Below, piece after piece: positions 16,228 through 24,149 of a stretch of 26,981 nucleotides of DNA (within the stretch, counting starts at the first letter, position 1; each line of letters opens with the position of its first letter). Source of the stretch: Candidatus Coproplasma sp. (lineage in GTDB: Bacteria > Bacillota > Clostridia > Christensenellales > Borkfalkiaceae); assembly GCA_051887755.1 (NCBI GenBank), contig JBJFAF010000001.1, positions 1-26,981 on the forward strand, in the 5' to 3' direction. The notes beneath the pieces are model-generated. The model had not been told where the DNA came from and ran no database searches. It saw only the letters and a program-made list of their open reading frames with translations. The position numbers and the translations under genes are program-made.

Positions 16228-16250
16228 GCGCCCGCAGTGGGTGCTTTTTT
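16228..16250 (+). terminator. Riboswitch terminator 2
   Basis: GCGCCC-GCAGT-GGGTGC followed by TTTTTT. Confidence 0.65.
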
Positions 16251-16282
16251 ATTTTAGAAATAATTTTTTAAGGAGTAACAAT

Positions 16283-16714
16283 ATGAAAAATTTTAAAAAG
16301 AGTTGGATTGCGCTTTTGCTTTGCTTGATTGCTTGCCTTTTGGGCGTTTGTCTTGCCGGTTGCAACAAAAACGAAGGCTATGCAAAAACCGAAGTCAGCG
16401 CAAACGACGACATGGTTGCAATAACCGTAGTTGAAGCAACCCCTAATACAAGCTTGATTAGAGCTATGGAGTGTGCGCAAGATGACGGAAATCTTAGCTT
16501 TACCATTGAAAAAGGTATGGTTACGAGCATTAACGGCGTTTCTCAGACGACGAACGTTTATTGGATGCTGTACACGAGCGATACCGATAATGCAAACACG
16601 GCTTGGGGTACTTGCGAATACGGCGGTCAGACTTTAGGCTCTGCAACCTTAGGCGCAGAAAGCTTAACGGTTAAAAACGGCTGCGTATACGTCTGGGTGT
16701 ACACTAAGTTTTAA
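16283..16714 (+). CDS. Lipoprotein with DUF4430 / transcobalamin C-terminal-like domain (putative corrinoid binder)
   Basis: Lipobox LAGC; GMVTSINGV..YWMLY...GA....V..G..Y.WVY pattern; AAGGAG SD. Start 16283 preferred over 16196. Confidence 0.75.
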   Translation: MKNFKKSWIALLLCLIACLLGVCLAGCNKNEGYAKTEVSANDDMVAITVVEATPNTSLIRAMECAQDDGNLSFTIEKGMVTSINGVSQTTNVYWMLYTSDTDNANTAWGTCEYGGQTLGSATLGAESLTVKNGCVYVWVYTKF

Positions 16715-17292
16715 TGAAGGCTAAGGACTTTGCGCTTATCGGCGTATATACTGCCCTTTTAATCGGCGGGCAATTCTCATTGAGTTTCGTTGCGGGGGTT
16801 GAGGTCGTTACCGTTCTCCTGCTTGCTTTTGCATACCGTTTCGGCTTTAGGCGCAGTTTAATCGTTGCTAACGCATTTTGTATTTTAAGGTGCTTTATCT
16901 TCGGTTTCTTCCCCACCGTAATTATTCTTTACGTCATCTATTACAACCTCTTCGTACTGCTCTTTGCGTTTATCGGTAAGAGGTTTAAAGGACAGTTAAA
17001 CGCCGTTAAACTCGTAATAATAGTTTCAACCGCCGCACTTTGCACGGTCTGTTTTACGCTTTTAGACGACGTTATCACTCCGCTTTTCTATTCCTTTGAC
17101 CAAGCCGCAACCAAGGCGTATTTTATAGCCTCGCTGTACACTATGGCGACGCAGGTTATCTGCACAGTCGTAACCGTCACTTTGCTCTTTCCGCCGCTTG
17201 ATGCGATTTTCGAAAAAGGCGTTTCAATTGGCGGACGGCGTAGCAGTCATAAAGATACCATACCCCGAAACGAGGATATTTCGGTCAGGTGA
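16714..17292 (+). CDS. ECF transporter S-component, CbrT-like (cobalamin)
   Basis: About 6 TM segments with an N-terminal AL+G+..A motif and GVEVVTVLL; TAATG overlap; downstream of the B12 riboswitch. Confidence 0.75.
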   Translation: MKAKDFALIGVYTALLIGGQFSLSFVAGVEVVTVLLLAFAYRFGFRRSLIVANAFCILRCFIFGFFPTVIILYVIYYNLFVLLFAFIGKRFKGQLNAVKLVIIVSTAALCTVCFTLLDDVITPLFYSFDQAATKAYFIASLYTMATQVICTVVTVTLLFPPLDAIFEKGVSIGGRRSSHKDTIPRNEDISVR

Positions 17293-17297
17293 AAGGC

Positions 17298-17337
17298 ATA
17301 TAAAAAGGGGGCAATTTTAATTGCCCCCTTTTTATAT
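17298..17337. terminator. Bidirectional terminator
   Basis: ATATAAAAAGGGGGCAATT-TT-AATTGCCCCCTTTTTATAT perfect inverted repeat between convergent genes. Confidence 0.9.
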
Positions 17338-17358
17338 TTTGAACTATCGTATGCTTAT

Positions 17359-17886
17359 TTACTCATATTTGCACTCGTACGCAGTCATACACTTGCCCAC
17401 GATTTCCATAGCCTCCACTTTGCCGTAGACATTCTCGACGAAGGTCGTCTTATTCTCCAGCGCCTTATACACCTCGAAAAAGTGCATCATCTCGTCAAAG
17501 ATGTGTTTGGGCAGTTCGTTTATATCGCCGTAATGTTTATAGTACGGGTCGCCGACGGGAACGGCGACTATTTTTTCGTCCATCGCATTGCCGTCCACCA
17601 TTTTGATTACCCCGATGGGTACGCACCTAACCACCGAGCCCGACGCAATTTGTTCACTGCATAAAACCAACACGTCCAACGGGTCGTTATCGTCGGCAAG
17701 CGTGCGGGGAATCAAGCCGTAGTTGCAAGGGTACACCGTAGAGGTGTATAAAATTCTATCCACACGCAAAAGCCCCGTGGATTTGTCTAACTCATATTTG
17801 ACTTTACAGCCCTTAGGTATTTCTATAAACGCATCAAAGACGTCTTTTTTTACGTTTTCTTTAGGTGTATCGTGCCAGATATTCAT
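17359..17886 (-). CDS. ppa: Inorganic pyrophosphatase (family I)
   Basis: IEIPKG..VKYELDK, DRIL, YPCNYGLIPRTLADDNDPLDVLVL, DEKIVAVP, FFEVYKALE. Confidence 0.95.
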   Translation of the reverse strand: MNIWHDTPKENVKKDVFDAFIEIPKGCKVKYELDKSTGLLRVDRILYTSTVYPCNYGLIPRTLADDNDPLDVLVLCSEQIASGSVVRCVPIGVIKMVDGNAMDEKIVAVPVGDPYYKHYGDINELPKHIFDEMMHFFEVYKALENKTTFVENVYGKVEAMEIVGKCMTAYECKYE

Positions 17887-17897
17887 AAACGTTCCCT

Positions 17898-18338
17898 CTA
17901 TTTAAGCTGTAAGAATACGATAATCGCAAACACGATAATCGCAACTATCATTGCAAGCCAAAGCGCAAGCGCAACCCAGCGCACGGGCTTTTTGTTGAGC
18001 TTGAATTGATAAACCATATATAAGAGAGAGCCGCCCATACCTTGAAACAAGCATATTAATGCGCCTACACCGCATACTATTATGCCGATTATGGTAAGTA
18101 AGGGCATACTGTAAGTGCCGTCGCCCACCCTCGTATTTAAAAGGTTGTTCACGCAGAAGTATAAGCCCAAAAGAAGAAGTATTACTAAAATTCCGCTGTA
18201 TATTGTTTCCACGATAGAACGAACGCCGAGCTTAACGCTTATATCTCTCTTTTCTTCGTCGTTTTTAATTCGGGAATACTTCCCTTCTATCCTTATCCAA
18301 AAGGAGAACATATTACTAATTGCCTGTAATAATTTCAT
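17898..18338 (-). CDS. Hypothetical membrane protein (about 3 TM segments)
   Basis: 146 aa ORF with GAGGGG SD and its own promoter, 11 nt upstream of ppa; no recognised motif. Confidence 0.75.
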   Translation of the reverse strand: MKLLQAISNMFSFWIRIEGKYSRIKNDEEKRDISVKLGVRSIVETIYSGILVILLLLGLYFCVNNLLNTRVGDGTYSMPLLTIIGIIVCGVGALICLFQGMGGSLLYMVYQFKLNKKPVRWVALALWLAMIVAIIVFAIIVFLQLK

Positions 18339-18381
18339 AAGTTTTCCCCCTCGTACCGTTAAACGGTTATTTGGTATATAT

Positions 18382-18410
18382 ATTATAACACGAAATTTAT
18401 CGTTTGTCTA
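18382..18410 (-). promoter_or_regulatory. sigmaA promoter for the membrane protein/ppa unit
   Basis: TAGACA-N17-TATAAT. Confidence 0.7.
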
Positions 18411-18437
18411 TAGGTACTTTAAAATGAGCTTTTAGGC

Positions 18438-18482
18438 AGTTTTAACGGTGGGCGTTTATGATAAACGCCCACCGTTAAAACT
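18438..18482. repeat. Perfect 22-bp inverted repeat with 1-nt centre
   Basis: AGTTTTAACGGTGGGCGTTTAT-G-ATAAACGCCCACCGTTAAAACT. Confidence 0.95.
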
Positions 18483-18529
18483 TTTCGTTACGGTTATTAA
18501 ACAATTAAGCTATTCGCCTGAACCGAACG

Positions 18530-18997
18530 CTATCGGGCAGGGTTTTTCTTAATCATTTCAAAGTTTTTAAGTTTAACGCCGAAACGCTCGACCTCCTGTT
18601 CTTTGATTACTATATAGCTGCGATTTACAAAAAACGGCTTTGCGGTTATAGAAGAACAAGTTTTAATTTCCGCACGGTCTTTCTCTAACTCGTTGCATAA
18701 CGCCGTAGCAATTCCCTGATTTTGATAATCTTTATGCGTAAAGAGCAAGTCTAAATAACCAGAATCATCGATACTCCCGAAGCCGACGATTACGCCGTTA
18801 ATTTCCGCTATCAAAGTGCGTTGCTTTAATAAATCGTTTTGCCTCGTTCGCAGACAATTCGAACTCTTAATCCACGCATTAAGCTGTACTGCTGAGTAAT
18901 CTTTTGAGTTGACGCAATTCACCGTCGTATAAAATAATTGCGAAACAAAGTCAAAATCTTCGCTTTTATATTGCCGAATAGTCATAATATCTATCAA
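18530..18997 (-). CDS. GNAT family N-acetyltransferase (YafP-like)
   Basis: IRQYKSED, KDYSAVQLNAW, IVGFGSI, GYLDLLFTHKDYQNQGIATALC, SITAKPFF. The start may be the ATG at 18985. Confidence 0.88.
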   Translation of the reverse strand: MIDIMTIRQYKSEDFDFVSQLFYTTVNCVNSKDYSAVQLNAWIKSSNCLRTRQNDLLKQRTLIAEINGVIVGFGSIDDSGYLDLLFTHKDYQNQGIATALCNELEKDRAEIKTCSSITAKPFFVNRSYIVIKEQEVERFGVKLKNFEMIKKNPAR

Positions 18998-19086
18998 ATA
19001 ACCTTACAATGAAGAGTGAATTATAATACAGGTAACAATGACTGTCTTGAGTGCATATATTAATGTAAACACAAAATTACTATTAT

Positions 19087-20085
19087 CTAGATGTCTAATT
19101 CTTGTAACCTACAGAGCATTTTGTATATAATTTGACTTTTTGCAAACTCACCCAAATCACAATCATTTCCAAAATACATAGAACGCATTATTGCCGTTAA
19201 AAATGCAAGAATTGTTACATCGTCCTGATTTTTGAAATCAATGCATTGTATATCGCCATATTTTAAATCTTGCTTATCTAAAACTTCCTTATAATTTATA
19301 ACGGTAAATTGAGAAAGAACTGATAAAAAATTTTTGCATTCTGTTGAATAAACCAAGCACGGAATTAGCGTCCCTACTTGCCCGTCTACCATCTCTTCTT
19401 TGGGTGATGATAAAGTATAAAATTCTTGATTTGTGTCCGCAAAATAATCAATAAACTCGGTTAATTTTTCAAAACGCTTAAAGTTATTATTTCTCCATTT
19501 ATTCCACAAATAGAATTCCTGTAAAATAGGCTTACCGAATATACGCCTGCATTCATTTTGAAACTCTAAATAAATATCGTAATTATCCAACTTACTCCAA
19601 GGTCTACATAAAGCGACAAATTTTTGTAAAGAAAAATAGCAACTATGTTTATCAATACCGTTTAAGATTATGTTATCTATAGGAATATGCAAAAACGGCA
19701 AAACAGAGTTCATTCTATCATCATATAAATACATATATTTGCAGAACATATTTACCCATTTTTGCGCTTGTCCGTATGTAAATTTATATACATCTTTAAA
19801 AATATACTTCATTTGCAAACAAAGCAAAAAATGCCATTTATCAAACCCCTGTTTATCCATATCAGATAAAAACAATTTTTCATATTCTCTTCTTATTAAA
19901 ACTGAAATCTGAGTTTTAATACTTTCTTTTTTCGGGCATTTACTAAAGCTGCGTAAAGTACGTTGTAAATCACGGTATGAAAGATTAATTGCGTTTTGCA
20001 CCCTGTCGCCACAATCACTTTTTTTAACTGCATCTAAATTATAAAATTCCACAACATCAGCATTATTAATTATATCTTTGTTCAT
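19087..20085 (-). CDS. Hypothetical two-domain protein: helical domain with TYGQAQKWVN..HIPID..WSKL motif plus C-terminal DUF6508-like domain
   Basis: Long ORF in AT-rich DNA; the ATG at 20085 follows GCGGGG (alternative TTG at 20103). Domain calls come from recalled motifs. Confidence 0.7.
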   Translation of the reverse strand: MNKDIINNADVVEFYNLDAVKKSDCGDRVQNAINLSYRDLQRTLRSFSKCPKKESIKTQISVLIRREYEKLFLSDMDKQGFDKWHFLLCLQMKYIFKDVYKFTYGQAQKWVNMFCKYMYLYDDRMNSVLPFLHIPIDNIILNGIDKHSCYFSLQKFVALCRPWSKLDNYDIYLEFQNECRRIFGKPILQEFYLWNKWRNNNFKRFEKLTEFIDYFADTNQEFYTLSSPKEEMVDGQVGTLIPCLVYSTECKNFLSVLSQFTVINYKEVLDKQDLKYGDIQCIDFKNQDDVTILAFLTAIMRSMYFGNDCDLGEFAKSQIIYKMLCRLQELDI

Positions 20086-20224
20086 AATATTTTTCCCCGC
20101 CAATTTATTTCATAGAATTATACGGTAAATTTAAAAAAAGTGTAAAGTGAATTCAAATTTATTAATTATATATACAATTTAAAGTATAAAATATCCCACT
20201 GTTTATCTTATAAATGTCACCCAC

Positions 20225-21361
20225 TTATTTTAACTTAAATGTCATTTTTACGGGGTTGTGGTCGCTATAGGCGTAACCCGTGTCTATAGTGCCCTCCCAA
20301 GTAACTTCGATATTGTCGGAGACGATAAAGCCGTCGATAACCGTTTCGTAATTAACCCCTTTTTCGTAGGGCATATCCGCACCCCTGCAGGTTGCCGCAC
20401 CGTCCTTAGACGCCGCCAATTTATAGCCCTGCGCAAGCTCATCCCCGTGTAAAATAGAACTCTTTACCCATTCGGGCACTTGCTGTGCGGTAGGGTAATA
20501 CGACAGCGCCTGCCCGTCGTTTTCAAAGTGGTCGGCAATTAAGCAGTGGTTAAAATCTCCCCCGGCTATAACGTAGTTACCTGCGGCATATTCCTCACTC
20601 AACACCAAATTAAGCATTTCGAGCTGTTGCGCCCTAATCTTGCCGCCCTCGTCGTAAGCGGACATATGCAAGTTGATTAACACGAACATTTTATCGCTCC
20701 CCTCGACGGGAAGATATTGAACAGAAAAACACCTATCCAAATCAAAGAGCTTATCTATAAAATTAGTGGTAACGGGAAAGGAACGGCGCACCGCACTCTG
20801 CACGTTATATTGCGACAGCGTTAAAATTCCGCCGTTGATTATGCCGATAGGGTCGTTGAAGGGATAGAATAAATTCGCCGTGTGAAAGTTGCAGGAGTAG
20901 GTTGAAGAATACCCCGAAAGTCCTTGAGAAAACCTCTCTATCATATTGATTTTATAACTTCTATGAGCACTCTCATCCACCTCCTGCAAGAGGCAGAAAT
21001 CGGCGTTTAAATCGCTTAAGGTTGCAATCTGCCCGACGACGTTTTTTTCCACGTCCTCCTTATTAACACCTTTTGCGTATTTGCCGTAGGTCTTCGTCCC
21101 ATCTACCATCACGCCCTCGTCCATAAAAAACGTAAATTCGGGCGAGTAGGCGGCAAAACCCACGTTATAGGATACGACGGAATACTCCTCCCCTTTTACG
21201 ACGTTTTGCGAGGCGTTGTTTGATGTCGTTAAAACCTGCCCGTCCTCTATTCTATAATACTGTACGGCGACGTAGATAACATAGCCGAGCACGGTCAACA
21301 CCGCAATCACGATTAAAACGGCGAGCGCAACGGCAATATTTTTTATAATTCTTCTATTCAT
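20225..21361 (-). CDS. Membrane-anchored endonuclease/exonuclease/phosphatase (EEP) family protein
   Basis: N-terminal TM anchor; SYNVG, LQEVD, NLHMSAY, GGDFN, IDGF, SDH catalytic motifs. Start at 21361 inferred from the hydrophobic anchor. Confidence 0.88.
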   Translation of the reverse strand: MNRRIIKNIAVALAVLIVIAVLTVLGYVIYVAVQYYRIEDGQVLTTSNNASQNVVKGEEYSVVSYNVGFAAYSPEFTFFMDEGVMVDGTKTYGKYAKGVNKEDVEKNVVGQIATLSDLNADFCLLQEVDESAHRSYKINMIERFSQGLSGYSSTYSCNFHTANLFYPFNDPIGIINGGILTLSQYNVQSAVRRSFPVTTNFIDKLFDLDRCFSVQYLPVEGSDKMFVLINLHMSAYDEGGKIRAQQLEMLNLVLSEEYAAGNYVIAGGDFNHCLIADHFENDGQALSYYPTAQQVPEWVKSSILHGDELAQGYKLAASKDGAATCRGADMPYEKGVNYETVIDGFIVSDNIEVTWEGTIDTGYAYSDHNPVKMTFKLK

Positions 21362-21520
21362 AAAACACCATAAGTAAATCGTTTTACCCGCAAGCCCTTC
21401 TTGCAGATATCTCAAGTTTACCGCCCTTTGCCCGTGCTTGTCAAGAAAGTTTAGCGAGCAACAGACAGTTAGTAATTAAATTTTTTTGTTAATTTCTTTC
21501 ATTTATTTTTGATTTTGATA

Positions 21521-21549
21521 TTTACAAAACCTATAGACAGGAGTATAAT
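21521..21549 (+). promoter_or_regulatory. sigmaA promoter of the FIST-EAL gene
   Basis: TTTACA-N17-TATAAT. Confidence 0.65.
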
Positions 21550-21600
21550 AAGATAACAAACACTTTGTAATTTTTTGGCAAAGCGGCGTTAGGTGAGAAA

Positions 21601-24069
21601 ATGAGAGTATACAGTCTGTTATACAACAATTTAAAAAACCTTAAATCTTTCGTGCATCACAATCAGCTCGTCGACGATAAAAAATACCTTATTATCGTCC
21701 ATACTGACGAGCTGTCTAAAGACGAGATTGCGCCCCTTTTAAACGAGCTTGGCGGGCTTTTGCCTCAAGCCGAAATTGTCGGCTGCAGCGTGGGCGGCAT
21801 CATATATAAAGGCGAAAGTTTGACCGATAAAACTCTCGTTTCAATAATCGACTTGTACGACACAGACGTTAAGACGACCTCGGTAAGATTGAAGGACGAA
21901 AAGGGTTACCGCTCCCCCAAAAAGGTGGCGGACGACGTTCTATATTACCTCGGCGGCGCAAGCGACAGCTTTTTATTCACCTACTACTCCCCCGCATACC
22001 CTTACGTTTCTCAGCTTGTAGAAGAGATGAACAGCCGAGCCGTAAACTTTAAAATCATAGGCGGCGGCGCATATTCGGTTACCGATGATTTATGCAAAGA
22101 CCCTGCGTATATCGTCCATAACGACTTTATTGCAGAAGATTTTATCGTCGTTGCCAAACTTAAAGGCAAACTGCTTATAAACAATCAGGCGGCAATTACG
22201 GGCATTAAGTCCGTCGGGCGCACATACAGAGTTACAAAATCAAAAGAGCACAGGCTAATTGAAATTGACGGTCAGCCCGCAAAACAATGGCTTAACTATC
22301 TGGTAGGCGAAGAATACCTAAAAAAGGACAAGAACATTATTCACGCCCTGCCGTTAGTCAATAAAAAGTTTGAAAATCTGGGCTTGAATTTCCACTACGA
22401 TTACGACGATTTAACGGGCGAGCCGCTCGGCGGAGATTTATTCGTATTCGACGAGGTTAAGGAAAACGAATTTTTAACCGCAGGATACATAGACCCCAAC
22501 AGTACAGTCACGGCGCTTGGTCCGCTTTGCGAAAAGATAGGCAACTCCCCTGCGGAGGCGCTGTTCGCATACAGCTGTTTAACCCGCCGTCTTGTCTTAC
22601 ACAACTGCGCTAAGTGGGAGCTTAACGCCTTTACCACTACCCGCATTACGGGTGCGTTTATGGCGGGCGAGCTCATATACGACGGTTCTGCCTGCCGCTA
22701 TTCCAACTCTGCGTTTACGGTTGCCACCCTTTCGGAAGACCCTAACGCTACGGTCAACTTGAATATAGCCACACTACAAAACGACGCAGATTTGCAGTTC
22801 GACAACCTGCCTTTGGTCACTTACCTCTTCAGTACGGCGAATTCAGAGCTAAAAAACGAGATTTCTGAGAGCAAACAGCGCCTTGCCGAGCAGATGGTCA
22901 CCGATAACGAAACGGGGCTTGCAAACCTTGCAAGGTATGTATACGACGCTAAAAACGAGAGCTTTAACGCTCTTTGCCTGCTTTCGCTAAAGAACGAAAA
23001 CGTAATCAGGGTATTTTTAAACAAGAACGTTTACTCATCATATGTGCTTACCGCCGCAGACTGCTGTAAACGTGTTCTCGACGACAAATACAGAGTTTAC
23101 CGCTACGGCGAGCTATCCGTTCTGCTTGCCGCAAACACGCCCAATAAAGATACGTTCGTCTCGGATATGAAAAGGGTTAAGTCCGAGTTGGACAAAATCA
23201 AACACGAAAAGCATCAACCCATTTACGAAATGAGTATAGTCTTCGGCGAGGACGACCTTTTAAACAAGGTAGAGCTGACGTACGTCAACCTGCACAAGGG
23301 CAACGGCGAAATTCTCATCAACAGCGACGAAGAGGACGACGACTTCAAAAAGGAAATGAACCTGTTACAGGTTATAAACGACGCAATTTCGTATAAGCGG
23401 GTTATCCCCTACTATCAGGGAATAATGAACAACAAAACGCACGAGATTGACATTTACGAATCGCTTATGCGTATTGCGGACAAGGATGGCAAAATTTATC
23501 TGCCGGGCGACTTCTTACCCGTCGCAAAAGAATACAAGCTTTACGACAGGCTTTCGCAGATGATGATTGAAAAGGTCTTAGACGACGCACCCAAACGCCC
23601 CTTTGCCGTGACGATAAACCTTAACACGGGCGATATTTACAACCAAAGCACGCTTAATATAATTTTCGACAAACTTAAAAAAGCGGAACATCCCGAAAAG
23701 ATTATCTTTGAAATAGTCGAAAGCGAGGCGATTACCGACTACGCCTATTTAAAGACCTTTACCAACGAAATACACAAATTAGGCGCAAAGATTGCGGTGG
23801 ACGACTTCGGCTCCGGATATAGCAACTTAATGCACGTTTTAAGGATTGATTTAGACTTTATTAAGATTACGGGCGACATAGTCAAAGACGCCAACTCCGA
23901 CCCTTCTTGCAGAGATTTCATAAATATGATTTCCTCCTGGGCAAACACAAGAGATAAAAAGGTAATTGCGGAGTTTGTGGAAAACGAGAATATACAGCGC
24001 ATAATCAAGCGCAATAAGGTTGCCTATTCGCAAGGGTATTTATTCTCCAAGCCCAAACAACTCGACTGA
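21601..24069 (+). CDS. FIST-N/FIST-C sensor + degenerate GGDEF + EAL c-di-GMP phosphodiesterase
   Basis: IVGCSVGG, IIGGGA and AFMAGE (FIST); DNETGLAN with YRYGEL (degenerate GGDEF); YESLMR, INLN, FEIVESE, DDFGSGYS, IK, AEFVE, SQGYLF (EAL). Confidence 0.88.
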   Translation: MRVYSLLYNNLKNLKSFVHHNQLVDDKKYLIIVHTDELSKDEIAPLLNELGGLLPQAEIVGCSVGGIIYKGESLTDKTLVSIIDLYDTDVKTTSVRLKDEKGYRSPKKVADDVLYYLGGASDSFLFTYYSPAYPYVSQLVEEMNSRAVNFKIIGGGAYSVTDDLCKDPAYIVHNDFIAEDFIVVAKLKGKLLINNQAAITGIKSVGRTYRVTKSKEHRLIEIDGQPAKQWLNYLVGEEYLKKDKNIIHALPLVNKKFENLGLNFHYDYDDLTGEPLGGDLFVFDEVKENEFLTAGYIDPNSTVTALGPLCEKIGNSPAEALFAYSCLTRRLVLHNCAKWELNAFTTTRITGAFMAGELIYDGSACRYSNSAFTVATLSEDPNATVNLNIATLQNDADLQFDNLPLVTYLFSTANSELKNEISESKQRLAEQMVTDNETGLANLARYVYDAKNESFNALCLLSLKNENVIRVFLNKNVYSSYVLTAADCCKRVLDDKYRVYRYGELSVLLAANTPNKDTFVSDMKRVKSELDKIKHEKHQPIYEMSIVFGEDDLLNKVELTYVNLHKGNGEILINSDEEDDDFKKEMNLLQVINDAISYKRVIPYYQGIMNNKTHEIDIYESLMRIADKDGKIYLPGDFLPVAKEYKLYDRLSQMMIEKVLDDAPKRPFAVTINLNTGDIYNQSTLNIIFDKLKKAEHPEKIIFEIVESEAITDYAYLKTFTNEIHKLGAKIAVDDFGSGYSNLMHVLRIDLDFIKITGDIVKDANSDPSCRDFINMISSWANTRDKKVIAEFVENENIQRIIKRNKVAYSQGYLFSKPKQLD

Positions 24070-24081
24070 TTTATAAACGGG

Positions 24082-24112
24082 TAGCGGCTCAGCCATAATG
24101 ACTGAGCCGCTA
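24082..24112. terminator. Hairpin between convergent c-di-GMP genes
   Basis: TAGCGGCTCAG-N9-CTGAGCCGCTA. Confidence 0.7.
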
Positions 24113-24149
24113 AAATTTTATAAGGAAAAATATAGAAAAGTGCGCTTAT

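Larger units (their letters stand above)
18500..20224. other. AT-rich two-gene islet, probably horizontally acquired
   Basis: Spot counts: 13/60 G+C (line 19621) and 19/60 (line 19201) versus 29/60 in the adjacent EEP gene (line 20641). No integrase or transposase seen. Confidence 0.65.

Noticed and set aside
16196-16282. Longer start for the DUF4430 lipoprotein
   Set aside because: Overlaps the riboswitch terminators; the ATG at 16283 has an SD and gives a canonical lipoprotein signal.
18490-20224. Integron-like cassette array
   Set aside because: No attC-like paired sites recognised, and each gene appears to have its own promoter.
20211-20244. 9-bp direct repeat TAAATGTCA at the islet's right edge as an attachment site or target duplication
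   Set aside because: Copies are only 25 nt apart in AT-rich DNA, none at the left edge, and no recombinase is present.
20225-21361. EEP protein as a sphingomyelinase partner of the GNAT lipid operon
   Set aside because: About 8.5 kb away in a separate transcription unit; EEP motifs alone do not indicate substrate.
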